Source: a virus
Lineage: Duplodnaviria; Caudoviricetes
Virus record (IMG/VR): IMGVR_UViG_3300049491_000113
Span: 1 to 32,524 of that record
Length of the DNA: 32,524 bases
Strand: one strand, 5' to 3'
The translations under genes and the position numbers were made by a program. Shown here piece after piece: positions 11,401-19,987 of the stretch. How positions within the stretch are numbered: position 1 is the first letter of the stretch; every line of letters starts with the position of its first letter. The notes under the pieces are model-generated. The model did not search any database. It was not told where the DNA came from and saw nothing but the letters and a program-made list of their open reading frames with translations.

Positions 11401-13211
11401 TGTTTTTGGTTTAACTCACCCTGTCCAGGCGCAACACCACTCTGAATTTTAACACCATACTCTTGCTGTAGGCTCTCTAAAGATCTACCCGTGCGCTCTG
11501 CCAACACTGGCAAAAATAAACTCATCGATGCAGAATATCTGGCCTCTTGTTTATTCATGCCTGTTGCAATTAAATCAGCTTCCATTTTTTCAGCTGCTGC
11601 AATTCTATCAGGATTATCTTGAAGCTCTGTCATAACAGACTTCATTGTTTCTTGAGTTTTCTTTGCATCATCTAAAGCTTGATTATATGTTAGACCATCT
11701 GGATTGAATTTAACATCACCGCTAATTGCTTGATAAAACTCAGTGCCAACAAACTTGTCTACGAAGTCAGATGTCTTAATAGCAATGTCTCCGCCGGTCT
11801 GTGAAAACGCTTCATATTCTTTATTTAAACCAAGCTGTGAAAATACAGATGAAATACTTTCGCCCTTGCTTTGAAAAAACTCTTCTAGCTTTTCGCCGTC
11901 AACGTATACAGTATCTGTTCCTTGATTTTCTGTAATAGAATCAATGTAAAATTTATTTTTATCTGTAAGTCCGCGCTCGCGTAACTTACTACGAGATACA
12001 GCATCACCTAATTTTTCAATAAAGTTTTTATCAGCTTCTGCCGATCTAACCATTTGAAGTTTTTGCGTAGTAATTGCTGCAGCTGTTGGAGCTGTAAAAG
12101 CAGCACCACTAAAACCACCAATTAAACCGGCACCCAACACATCAGTACCCATAGTATTCAGAGCATCAGGATTTACACCAGTTGCAAAGTCAGCGCCCGA
12201 CTGAAACCCTTGAGTCAAAGCTTCACCACCAGCTTCAACACCGTATGACTTAGCCATAATCTTTGAAGCTTCTTTAATTACATCAGCTGTTTTTTGCTTT
12301 CCAATAATTGAGGTCATTTGATTGCCCCAAGATTTTAAAATAGCAGTATCTGCAACACGTTCAAAAATTGTTTCAGCAGCTGAATTTAAAATTGCATTGT
12401 ATGTATTTGTAGTCTGGTCAACGTCAGCCTCTTTGTTCTCTATAGTCTTAGGTCCAAACGTAGTACCAAAAACATAAGCCGTAGCAACAGCAGGGCTTGC
12501 GTAAGCCGTAGCCGCAATCGTAGCGACACTTGTTGGAGCATTTAGTAATGCCTGATAAGCAATGCCTTTTGACATCTCAGCAAACTTACCCTCAGCTGCC
12601 ATTTGACCTACGTTAATTTGTAGCTCTGGAATTTTTGCAGTGGCTTTTTTTTGCACATCATCATAGTAATTATATAAAAAATTATTAGGTAAAACTTGCT
12701 CTGGTTTTAATTCTAGATCTGGACGGTTTAAAACTTTTTGAGTAACTAAGTTTACTGGGAACTGAGCTAGACTTACAACAGTCTCAGGCAATGTAGCAAT
12801 GCCTTTTGTAATCTGAGCATTCATTGCAGTTGCCATATTAAAAAACTTAGAATCAGAAAATCTATCTTTTGCTAAATTCTCTTGCTCTTTAAGGTTATCC
12901 ATATCATCTTTTGCAACGCCATTATTTTCTGGGTCTGCAATAAACTTAGCTAATGAAGGATTACTTTTAACCAGATCATCAAGTTCTGTATCTGGCATTA
13001 AATTTTGTTTATCTTTTTTTAATACGTTGTAGTTTCTTTTAATAAATTCTGTTGGCATGTTAACTTCTTTAGCTAACTTAATAGTATCTGCCTCAAAATC
13101 TGGGGTAGTATCTTGATTAACGTAATTAGAATTTTTAATCTGTGATTTTAAACTATCTGTTTGAAACTGATCAACCTCATCAAAGCCTTGGAATAAATCA
13201 TTATTTGCCAC
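5481..13211 (-). CDS. Giant internal virion/DNA-ejection protein; polyvalent protein with ADP-ribosyltransferase-like (ART-PolyVal type) and zincin-like metallopeptidase modules
   Basis: 2576 aa; third of three internal virion genes after the nozzle; motifs FKKFFGNSKVVD..GKPLVVYHGS...GYYFS...YPVYL..QNP...GYDGVI...EIVAFEPNQIKS (ART-like), VLFVEEIQSDWHQ, and STFLHESAHYF...HEKFARGFEAYLREG (HExxH). Confidence 0.8.
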   Translation of the reverse strand: MANNDLFQGFDEVDQFQTDSLKSQIKNSNYVNQDTTPDFEADTIKLAKEVNMPTEFIKRNYNVLKKDKQNLMPDTELDDLVKSNPSLAKFIADPENNGVAKDDMDNLKEQENLAKDRFSDSKFFNMATAMNAQITKGIATLPETVVSLAQFPVNLVTQKVLNRPDLELKPEQVLPNNFLYNYYDDVQKKATAKIPELQINVGQMAAEGKFAEMSKGIAYQALLNAPTSVATIAATAYASPAVATAYVFGTTFGPKTIENKEADVDQTTNTYNAILNSAAETIFERVADTAILKSWGNQMTSIIGKQKTADVIKEASKIMAKSYGVEAGGEALTQGFQSGADFATGVNPDALNTMGTDVLGAGLIGGFSGAAFTAPTAAAITTQKLQMVRSAEADKNFIEKLGDAVSRSKLRERGLTDKNKFYIDSITENQGTDTVYVDGEKLEEFFQSKGESISSVFSQLGLNKEYEAFSQTGGDIAIKTSDFVDKFVGTEFYQAISGDVKFNPDGLTYNQALDDAKKTQETMKSVMTELQDNPDRIAAAEKMEADLIATGMNKQEARYSASMSLFLPVLAERTGRSLESLQQEYGVKIQSGVAPGQGELNQKQSPADINTPEFKKFFGNSKVVDDSGKPLVVYHGSGKEFSEFKFKQLNDRGYYGEGYYFSPQQSDANFYAEMYSYRDQNTGGEFNPQIYPVYLSLQNPYVVYKNKFSGPSDPAAFTEKLKSLGYDGVIVKNQDFDSQSGQLADEWIQEIVAFEPNQIKSVNNNGSFDLNNPKIYFQATKLPGAERSDLGFYSKLEQTVIDKVPANASGEQILGTLKDVKAEELEFSGLKEFLKGKKKVSKEDLLAFVRGNNLQVQEVVLKDQPAQDFVNIEDGIIDDGVPAGELTPPTKFSQYVLPGGENYREVLFTFPSKNEGARRDELAMLQRERKLTEAEQAEYQDLRNRNVGYDETKYKSSHFDQPNILAHTRLTDRIDADGKKVLFVEEIQSDWHQAGRDKGYKFDEFALVAEAKKLRDEREEIFKDPSLTSSSADEFTSDLFNLTDEEFKVKYPINPRIEEIDKRVGEIEKELRVNTGSVHNAPFKKTWHEFALKRIVQMAVENGYDRVSWTTGDQQADRYKNALLEKVDKFFVKKNEDDTYDLIAENNGSTVTTEKNITKARVFDLVGKSLGDQLVHSADTTEGVATLEGTDFNIGGEGMRGFYDKILVNSASKLFKKFGVKVVEGKVNIIAQDRFDYFGPEFTTDDIRKKLKTNITASVKKSLKLVLNAMDKNGYPYNEAMQIFGNPSGAEAMGGKMELAKKTDTVHTIDITQELKDAAINQGFELYQGTGEYRGSYNPKERLIKLFAQKNKSTFLHESAHYFLDVLMQESARSDANENIKKDFAEILKFLGVESTDKIEVEQHEKFARGFEAYLREGNAPSLSLKKAFNSFKKWLTKIYPFAQMLKVELTPEIRGVFDRILATDAEIEEARQALDMKTTLTPDIMKTLGYISEEIEALLTANEDWILAAEAKMYSKLEAQAEAQKRKEFKDLVNKYTEEYKEFLKDNPIYKAIDGLKDSVKILRSTAPGLNSKYTSKTEGMPVQVVAEMFGFRNTEDFIFELNNTKDLETEARERGTEAAKQEFEDVGLDVKSIAMESLHNVKREDLLRLELDNILKSKEFKTAVKKTVRRVPPKAEIKQLARTMIGEIKVNAIKPYLYTRAMVKNARLAGEALAKGDISKAAEYKYKEYLNHELALAAKDANDTVEKSLRKFKKLEKSAEDMAKTRDIDLVNAAKAVLAKFGIGKDESLPTDYLNNLKKYAPEKHAVIQNLIGDALEGAGPYEQASFEDFMEMKTAVDALTELAKIEKKSEIDGKKVEFESIKQELIEQALKLDQSGGGDKYKKTADKYDKFKSRLASSAAALKRVEFWADVMDLGMAQGPFKKYIFNPISEAVAKYRLKKEEVIKKYKQINERYKDIFTQDKIDADEIGFQFRNKGELLMALLHSGNESNKSKLLRGRGWGSINEDGTLNSTDFDAMLSRLIKSGVIVKADMDYVQEIWDLMESLKPESQKAHKDMFGYYFNEITAKPIFTPFGEYKGGYIPAKVDTYENEDAKIRQERNEFEEGGLGMSFLYPTTGKGFTKSRIDAYAAPLSLDLNLLAGHIDSSLRFTYIEPRVKEVAKLVYNKEFRAILSKVDPNVGSDVLIPWLQRSASQQVVVPSTGYFKVIDSVASYLRSAVAMQIMVGNVSNALQQFTGTIVASSKVKPKHLLASTVMYMKDVKGSVENMLDKSDYMRSTQGNKLFESMQRIEEITTNPTVFENVRNFAKEHTYFLQTATQNIVNTIVWTGAYNEAIADGMTESQAVKAADRAIRTTQGSVLAEDISAFEVGSPTYRLFTQFAGYFNMLANLNSSEVQKIRKTVGLKKGASKMFYLYLTAFMLPAVISDIIVKGMRGEFGEGDDEELMMTWLDSFFGSQFRTATATTPMVGPLLNTVVGKFTDQPFDDRLSLSPVLSVLEGVAGVPNQIYKGLTKDQVNEKKVLKDVLMLTGIASNLPIAPLGKPLGYLMDVESGKARPSGPVDFARGLVSGQPGK

Positions 13212-14886
13212 TTCTTAAACCCTTCAATAGTTGAGCACGATAAAACTCTTCAATAGCTTTATTGCTTGGAGCTACACCCTTTTGTTTAAAGTAATTTTCA
13301 ATTCTGATTCTCTGAATCTTAGGAATAGTGTCTATTTTAATACCTTCTACATCAATAGCTTCTCGGTCATCTGATTGAAACAGAGGGGTGCTTCTATTAA
13401 ATAAAAAACCTTTACGCTTAACACTTAATAATGCTGACTTAGCAATTTCAATTTCTTCTGCATCTGACAGTTTTTTACCACTAGCGTTTTGAGCGTTTAA
13501 CACTTGCTTATTAACGTAGTCTTTATATTGTGCGTAGTCTTTTTTATTTGTAGAATTAAACCCAGCAATTTCAAATTGTTCCTTTAACATGCTATCTTTA
13601 ATGCTTAAATTATCTAGATCTTGTTTTGCTTTTGCGTCGCCAAATCTAAGCTTTCTTCTCGTATCTAAAATCTTATCTAATTCAGTACCATTAATTTTAT
13701 CTATGTATTTTAGTCTTAGGTTTGGATCATTAACAAAAGCATCGCGAGTTTTAGGGTTAGACAAACCATCTAATAAATCTTCACGAGCTTGCGGATCTGT
13801 AACGATGTCTTTACCCTTAGCCATTTTCATAGCCACATCAGTAAGTTTTTCCTCTTGAGCAGCTGTTAACTGAGATCTTAATTCAGGGTCTAGCTTAAAA
13901 ATATCAGGACTATTTTTTAAAGCATCATAAGACGATTCAAACAAATCTTCTGTTTTTTTGTTTTCTAAATTCTTTTTAATAGCCAGCTGTTGTTGATATC
14001 TTTGCTCAATAACTTCACGCTGCTTTCCAGAAAACTTTTGCATCATATCTTCAACTTTAGCTGGATCTTCGTTAATATTCTTATCAACCCATCTCTGTGC
14101 AAAAATCTTAGTCGATGCGTCTTGTATAATGTTCTCAACTCGCGCAAGTTTATCGCCAGTAATGTCATTTTTGTATTTCTTAAAATACGAAGCAGCTAGT
14201 CCATCTTGGTCATTGGCAAGCATTCGGTTAATAACCGATTCATGGGTCGCTGATTTTGATTCTAAAATCTGCTCTTTAGCTTTTTCTTCACTAATCCCAT
14301 TACGAACTGCAAACTGCTTAATAGTTTCCTCTTGCTTAGCTAGCGACTGAGCTACTCGCGCAGGATCGTTATAATTCTTAATCGCAGCATCTTGTTCATT
14401 TTTAATGAGTGATGTTGATACATCATTATCATAACGAACACCCTCTTGATTCATGTGAATCTGTAAAGCTTTGTTTACACTATTGCTTCGATCAGAAATG
14501 CGAGACTGAAAAGCCTGTCTTTGATCATCATTTTTTAAGTTTTGCAAAATTAATGTAGATCTTTTTTGATACTCTTCATTAGCTTTCTGACCAGCTGCAA
14601 ACGCATTTTTTCCACGGGCATTTAATGCGCCGACATCTTTATCATACAATAGTTCTGTCTCTAGTTTAGCAAGCTCAGCATCAGCTGCAGTCACTTCAAT
14701 TTGATCTGCTTTTCTTTTATACTCTGAATAAATTTTACTTGTGTCTTGTGCTATCTTACTAACCGCATTTGCAATGTTTGCAGAGCCTCCGCCGAATGTC
14801 TCAGTCGATGCTTTAGCTAGTTGGCCAGTCTGGGGTAAACCTTGAACCTGCACTTGATTCTGTTGATATTGTGGTACTTTAGGCAT
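13201..14886 (-). CDS. Internal virion (ejection) protein
   Basis: 561 aa, helical, Q/K/E rich; MPKVPQY N-terminus; position equivalent to T7 gp15. Confidence 0.65.
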   Translation of the reverse strand: MPKVPQYQQNQVQVQGLPQTGQLAKASTETFGGGSANIANAVSKIAQDTSKIYSEYKRKADQIEVTAADAELAKLETELLYDKDVGALNARGKNAFAAGQKANEEYQKRSTLILQNLKNDDQRQAFQSRISDRSNSVNKALQIHMNQEGVRYDNDVSTSLIKNEQDAAIKNYNDPARVAQSLAKQEETIKQFAVRNGISEEKAKEQILESKSATHESVINRMLANDQDGLAASYFKKYKNDITGDKLARVENIIQDASTKIFAQRWVDKNINEDPAKVEDMMQKFSGKQREVIEQRYQQQLAIKKNLENKKTEDLFESSYDALKNSPDIFKLDPELRSQLTAAQEEKLTDVAMKMAKGKDIVTDPQAREDLLDGLSNPKTRDAFVNDPNLRLKYIDKINGTELDKILDTRRKLRFGDAKAKQDLDNLSIKDSMLKEQFEIAGFNSTNKKDYAQYKDYVNKQVLNAQNASGKKLSDAEEIEIAKSALLSVKRKGFLFNRSTPLFQSDDREAIDVEGIKIDTIPKIQRIRIENYFKQKGVAPSNKAIEEFYRAQLLKGLRSGK

Positions 14887-15474
14887 TTAAACCTCATTCC
14901 TAGGACTTTGAAATAATCTAGAGTAAGCCATCTGACTTTGTTGTTGTGGCGAGGTTTGTGGCGACGCTTCAGGTGTTGATGTTCCGACTGGTAACTTAGA
15001 AAACCCTTGCAAACCATAATTTGCAGCATTACCTACGCCAGTTAATAGGGTCGCCTTTGCTTTATTCTTTAGTGCCATTGCATTAAAATTACCTTGAGCT
15101 AGTGTTTGCCCAGCTTGAAATTTAAAGCCCCAAGCCTCAGCGTAGGCGTTTGTTTTAATATTCTCTGAATCAAGAGCTGCAAATAACTCAGTCTCTTCTT
15201 GAATCTTAGCGCCAGATCCATAATCAACGACTACACCACTTGCTGCCAATGCTGCTTTTTGCGCACCTTTGATTTGATTAGCTTTTAATTTCAATTGAGC
15301 CGCTTGCTTTTCGCTATTAGCTGCAGCTTCTTTTGCTCTAATTGCTAAGATCTCAGCATTTTGTTGTGCATTTAATTTCTCTTGATCAGCCTGTATGCCC
15401 ATTGCAATAGAATCTTGATACGCGCCCGCAAGAGCCGTACTTGCGCCTATTACTGCCAATGTCGTTGCTGCCAT
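14887..15474 (-). CDS. Internal virion protein (T7 gp14-like position)
   Basis: 195 aa, Ala/Gln rich; hydrophobic N-terminus; G.QKAALAASGV.V..GS motif typical of this family. Confidence 0.7.
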   Translation of the reverse strand: MAATTLAVIGASTALAGAYQDSIAMGIQADQEKLNAQQNAEILAIRAKEAAANSEKQAAQLKLKANQIKGAQKAALAASGVVVDYGSGAKIQEETELFAALDSENIKTNAYAEAWGFKFQAGQTLAQGNFNAMALKNKAKATLLTGVGNAANYGLQGFSKLPVGTSTPEASPQTSPQQQSQMAYSRLFQSPRNEV

Positions 15475-15476
15475 AA

Positions 15477-18257
15477 TTAACCCCCAGCAGGATACATGCC
15501 AGCTGGTTGCATACTTAAAACTGTAAATGGTTCAGGGTCGACTTGTCTAAGAAACACACGACCATTGTCGTTGAACTGACTATCAACCGCTGCTTCCATT
15601 GTCCCAGTACGCAAATCAACTGGCGAATCGTAATCTTCTGCATTTCTAATTTTAAATTCAAATAATCCAGTCAATAAATTACCAACTGGTGCAGCAGTTC
15701 CAATGAACCCGCCGCGAGATTTCTCAACAAATATATTAACTGATGTTACTAGCATTGCCTTATCTGCTATTGATTCACCCGATGCTACATCGACATTTAA
15801 AGTTTCAATGTCTGAAATGTACGGTAAGCCTACATGAATATATGAATATGGTTTATCTAGAGTTACTTGTCCATTAGTTACAGTTCTAACTAAGTTTGCA
15901 GGATTGTAAGGCGAGGCCACAACAAAGCCATCTGCAAATATCGAAACGTTCTTACCCTCTAAATGATACAAGCCAGAAACAACGTCAACAGCTTTTGACC
16001 ACTCAGTTTGAGCAACAGCTCTTTGGCTAACCGGAACTGTTTTATGCGCAAATACTTTAACTTGTGTTGCCGATACGTAACTAGAAATCGTCAATCTTAG
16101 AGGACCAGAAAAATCTATTCTGTTGCCAACATCACTTGCCGTAAAAAATCCTACAGATGATGTTAAAGTTAACTCTTCATCGTAAGCCCATGTAGTGCCG
16201 CCAGATAATGTCATTGTTGTTGCGCTAGTATTGCGACCATCATACGTTGCAGATGAGTCCATAAAAATACAGTCTTTAACATCAAACACTTGTCTTGTTG
16301 TTAATCGCTCCATGCTGCGAACACCGCTGCGATTTACCACAACATATAAAACATCTTCATCGCCCTCTGGAACCGTACATACATTTTCAATCAAACCGCC
16401 GTCAAAATCGTGACGATGCCATGCTAAAATTCTTTGCTCTTTTAAATAAGTTAAACCTAATAAAACGCCATCATCGCGCACAGCCCAAACTATAGAATCA
16501 GGTATCTGCTGATAAGCCCAGTCAACTAACTCAAAACCTCTAAATAAATGTCCGGCAAAAATAGTTAAATCATCGCCAGTGTAACCATCAGACTCAAACT
16601 TAAAAGCTATATCTCTAACTACTGAGCCTCGATCTTGAACGTATAAAGCTGTGTCATTAATAACCAATGGCGCTAATCTACTCGCACCATTATAAGATTG
16701 CTGTTGAGCGTTTACAGATGTCGGCGTAATTACAGAGGAATCATTTCCATTAATAATATATTCGCCGCCTTGAGTAAACGCCACTAACTTACCTAAGTCT
16801 AGTAAGTGCTTAACTGTATTTACTTGGCGACCAGAAATCTTAAACGTAATAGCATCATCGTCTTGAATAGGTGATGATGTACCAAAGTTTTTAAAATCGC
16901 CAATCTTACTCGAAAAAATTTTCTCAACATCGTTTGTAGTGTTAGCTAAAAACAATCTTTGCTGAAAATAAGTAATTGCAGACGGGTAATCAGAGGATTT
17001 AATAAAAGGATTTCTTTCAGATGGCGGGCTTACTGATGTATCAGGCGCTACACCCACATCTTTAAACGACTTACCTTTTGAAACGCCAATTAATCCAAAT
17101 GCGCCAGATTCATCATCTCTGCGATAAATGTTGTATTCTGCAATGTCAGCATCATCAGTATGAGACCATGTTAAATTAACAGGTACAGCTGCAGAAATAG
17201 TGTCTTGAGTAAATCGAATAAAACATGGTGCCACAGTTCCACTTGTAAATGTTCCATACGCTGTAGAATCTTCACCCTGTAAATCAAAAGCTCCAGCCGC
17301 AACATTCGTTGCAATAAATCTTCGATCATTAACCTGAGTCATTCCAGCGACTGTTAAATAATACTCAGAACCTTCATAAGCAGTACCACCATAAGTAAGT
17401 CTGCCAGGATTTGCTTTTGTTATGTTAGTAATAGCAACAGCTGTCGTTGTGCCCGCATTTGATTCTTTAAAATCATCTTTTCTAATTGCAGTAATTTTAT
17501 ATTCACGAACTTTAGTGCCTGTTGATGATGGAGTAACTATTGCAGTCGGTGCAATAATATCAGATTTAAAATTTATTGTTGTAAGAGTCCAGTTCGTAGC
17601 ACCAAGACGTTTTAATTCAGTCGGAGCATAATTCTTACCAACAATTGTAATGACATCAGCTGATTGAACATATTGCAAATCCATCAAATCTGCTGCCGCA
17701 TAAGATGAAGTAATAGAATAAATTTTTGCACTTGTGCCGCCAGAAATATATGAAGGCTGAGAAACAGTACTAACATAAGTGCCAGTGATGTCTTTAATTT
17801 TAAAGGTATTTGCAGTTACGTCTGAAACAATAAAATTTCTATTGTTTAAAAAAACAGGGCCTAAGATATTATTAAAATAAACCTCATCGCCATTTGAATA
17901 CCCATGAGCATTAATTGTAACTATAGCCTGAGATGCTGTAGAAACACCTGTAATATTTAAACTAGCAAATTTAACTAATACGCCATCTTGAATAAATCTT
18001 ATGTATTGATCACCAAACTCCAAGACAAACGTTTGGGCACTATTAAAAATAAAAGGAATAAATCTAACCGCTTGACCGCGAACTTTAGTCTCAGAAACAT
18101 ACTGAGTACCAGCACGATTTGCAACGCCACCATGTTTTAATACGGTAAAATTTCTACATTGTTTTAATGATAATTGATACTTAGAAAAATCAACTCTCGC
18201 ATATAAACTGGGACTGATTTCACCGCCTGAAAACGACCTCTGCGTAATCGTTGCCAT
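15477..18257 (-). CDS. Tail nozzle / tail tubular protein B (T7 gp12-like)
   Basis: 926 aa; QRSFSGGEISPSLYARVD, LEFGDQYIRF, QSADV, YPSAITYFQQRL, AWHRH and HVGLPY motifs. Confidence 0.9.
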   Translation of the reverse strand: MATITQRSFSGGEISPSLYARVDFSKYQLSLKQCRNFTVLKHGGVANRAGTQYVSETKVRGQAVRFIPFIFNSAQTFVLEFGDQYIRFIQDGVLVKFASLNITGVSTASQAIVTINAHGYSNGDEVYFNNILGPVFLNNRNFIVSDVTANTFKIKDITGTYVSTVSQPSYISGGTSAKIYSITSSYAAADLMDLQYVQSADVITIVGKNYAPTELKRLGATNWTLTTINFKSDIIAPTAIVTPSSTGTKVREYKITAIRKDDFKESNAGTTTAVAITNITKANPGRLTYGGTAYEGSEYYLTVAGMTQVNDRRFIATNVAAGAFDLQGEDSTAYGTFTSGTVAPCFIRFTQDTISAAVPVNLTWSHTDDADIAEYNIYRRDDESGAFGLIGVSKGKSFKDVGVAPDTSVSPPSERNPFIKSSDYPSAITYFQQRLFLANTTNDVEKIFSSKIGDFKNFGTSSPIQDDDAITFKISGRQVNTVKHLLDLGKLVAFTQGGEYIINGNDSSVITPTSVNAQQQSYNGASRLAPLVINDTALYVQDRGSVVRDIAFKFESDGYTGDDLTIFAGHLFRGFELVDWAYQQIPDSIVWAVRDDGVLLGLTYLKEQRILAWHRHDFDGGLIENVCTVPEGDEDVLYVVVNRSGVRSMERLTTRQVFDVKDCIFMDSSATYDGRNTSATTMTLSGGTTWAYDEELTLTSSVGFFTASDVGNRIDFSGPLRLTISSYVSATQVKVFAHKTVPVSQRAVAQTEWSKAVDVVSGLYHLEGKNVSIFADGFVVASPYNPANLVRTVTNGQVTLDKPYSYIHVGLPYISDIETLNVDVASGESIADKAMLVTSVNIFVEKSRGGFIGTAAPVGNLLTGLFEFKIRNAEDYDSPVDLRTGTMEAAVDSQFNDNGRVFLRQVDPEPFTVLSMQPAGMYPAGG

Positions 18258-18258
18258 C

Positions 18259-18576
18259 TTAGTCCTTGCTGTAAATTATAGATTCAACTGACTTCTTTGC
18301 TTCTGATTGCTTTAGTTCCATGTCTGTAATTTGTAAGCCCATAGAATATTTTGATTCGCCATCTTTGCCAGTATCTGCATAAACGCTGCATACTTCTACT
18401 TGAGCGTGCATAATCATTTTAGAACCTACTTTAGGCGGCTCTGAATTTCCCATGATTTTCTCATAAGTTTCGTGGTCTATTTGAATTTTTAAGCCGTAAG
18501 GATATTTAGAAGTTTCGTACAATACAGATTCCTCTTTTTTTTCCATTTCGCTTTCGCTCATTGATAAATTAATCAT
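18259..18576 (-). CDS. Capsid staple/cement protein (epsilon15 gp10-like)
   Basis: 105 aa; YPYGL.I......K.....P.VG.......V.V......LQITDM pattern. Confidence 0.65.
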   Translation of the reverse strand: MINLSMSESEMEKKEESVLYETSKYPYGLKIQIDHETYEKIMGNSEPPKVGSKMIMHAQVEVCSVYADTGKDGESKYSMGLQITDMELKQSEAKKSVESIIYSKD

Positions 18577-19178
18577 TCTCTAGCCCTCACAAAAGCTGAC
18601 TCTGGATTTTCTGGCGGCTGCTCTTCATTGTATGCAGCTGTTGCGGCTTTAGAAATCCAGTAGTCAAACATTCTCATCATCTTATCACCCATCTTGTACG
18701 GGTCACCCTTAGTTAATCTAGGTGCAATATAAACACTTAACAAAAAAGAAAGTGCCATTTTAAAATCACTAGGGAATCTCGAAGGATCTTCAACCTTAAT
18801 GGTATATTCTAAAATCGCATTATCTTGATCTGTAAAAATAAGCTGACTTGATTCGCCATTCGTAACCTTGTATTCAATTCTATCTTGCAAAGCTTCGTTT
18901 CTATTTCCACTCACAATACGGATAGCTTGCAAACAATCAACAGGATAACCATAAGAAAAACCCCACTCTTCAGTAGGATTTTCTTCAACTAACTGTAATG
19001 CATTTACTTTATTAGCAAACGGCCACGCATAACCGCGAAGTGTTTCTTCTAAAGCTGTTGCATAATATCTACGGCAAGCGTTGGCCTCAGCTGAGTTCTC
19101 ATCAATTGATGCAATCTCTTTACCTGTACCTAAATTTGAAATCGCTAAATTACAAATTTCAACTGCCGTAATAGCCAT
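18573..19178 (-). CDS. Head-tail adaptor / tail tubular protein A (T7 gp11-like)
   Basis: 201 aa; EICNLA..LG...I.S.DE.S.EA..C...Y......L....WPFA and Y.YP.DCL motifs. Confidence 0.85.
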   Translation of the reverse strand: MAITAVEICNLAISNLGTGKEIASIDENSAEANACRRYYATALEETLRGYAWPFANKVNALQLVEENPTEEWGFSYGYPVDCLQAIRIVSGNRNEALQDRIEYKVTNGESSQLIFTDQDNAILEYTIKVEDPSRFPSDFKMALSFLLSVYIAPRLTKGDPYKMGDKMMRMFDYWISKAATAAYNEEQPPENPESAFVRARE

Positions 19179-19180
19179 AA

Positions 19181-19240
19181 CTAGTAACCTTTTTTAGTTG
19201 TAGCTTTTTTAGTAGCTTTTTTCTTTGTCGTTTTTTTCAT
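19181..19240 (-). CDS. 19-aa Lys-rich micropeptide MKKTTKKKATKKATTKKGY
   Basis: Manual translation; SD-like AAGGGA upstream of the ATG; stop lies 2 nt before the adaptor ATG. Confidence 0.55.
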   Translation of the reverse strand: MKKTTKKKATKKATTKKGY

Positions 19241-19258
19241 ATGTATCCCTTAATTTAT

Positions 19259-19290
19259 AATGGCGGTAATTTCTCACCGCCATTTTTTTT
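19259..19290. terminator. Rho-independent terminator-like hairpin after the capsid gene block, possibly bidirectional
   Basis: AATGGCGGT-aatttctc-ACCGCCATT inverted repeat; T8 run on the + side and only TTATAAATT on the - side. Confidence 0.7.
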
Positions 19291-19501
19291 AGATAACGTC
19301 TTCTTTGGGTTCTGCTACATCAACAAACTTTGGCATCTTCTTTTTAACTTCACCCGTTTCCACAGTCTCAGTTTTTTTAGCGCCTTGCACTTTGATCATT
19401 GATTTTTCTGAAAAATGTTTTTCACTTTTAAGATTAAATCTCTGACCTTCGCGGATACGTTTGTCTCCGTAATAGATCGTTCTGGTTGCTTCAACCAACA
19501 T
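19289..19501 (-). CDS. Small conserved-type virion morphogenesis protein
   Basis: 70 aa; V.A....YYG...REG..F motif often seen after cement genes in this phage group; SD AGGGGG. Confidence 0.6.
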   Translation of the reverse strand: MLVEATRTIYYGDKRIREGQRFNLKSEKHFSEKSMIKVQGAKKTETVETGEVKKKMPKFVDVAEPKEDVI

Positions 19502-19513
19502 AAGCTACCCCCT

Positions 19514-19960
19514 TTATGAGATAGTAATATTGTCAGCATAGTTTTTATATGCGTCAATGTCTTTAAGCATGTGAGCATCAAACGAACCAGTAGTTAAATT
19601 TCCACCTGCAACAGTGTAACGTAACTGAATGTAACGTTCATAATCAACGCCAGCAACAAGTCTAGCAATACGGATAGTCCCAGCTGGAGAAACCGCTGGG
19701 AAAACTCCGATTGTTTGAACTACAGTAGGAGATGAAAACGCTGCGTTGTCATCAGTTTCTAAAGTTACTGTTACAGTTGAATCTGATCCACTGTCAGTCA
19801 TAGCAACAGTATTAGCTACGCGAATAAATAAATTTTCGCCAGTACCGATTGCTACGTTTAAGTTTGGTGAAATAGGTCCTAAGTCTACAGAATTTGTAGA
19901 CACAGCCGTAGCTGTAACCGCTTGAGAATCTGAAAATTCTAATTGTCCATCTAAAATCAT
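19514..19960 (-). CDS. Capsid cement protein (BPP-1 Bbp16-like)
   Basis: 148 aa; MILD..L.FSD.QAVTATA.STN..DLG...L.T.DN..FSS...RYI.L.YTV; directly after the major capsid gene. Confidence 0.85.
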   Translation of the reverse strand: MILDGQLEFSDSQAVTATAVSTNSVDLGPISPNLNVAIGTGENLFIRVANTVAMTDSGSDSTVTVTLETDDNAAFSSPTVVQTIGVFPAVSPAGTIRIARLVAGVDYERYIQLRYTVAGGNLTTGSFDAHMLKDIDAYKNYADNITIS

Positions 19961-19987
19961 ATATTATCTCCTTTAAAACGGCAGCAA

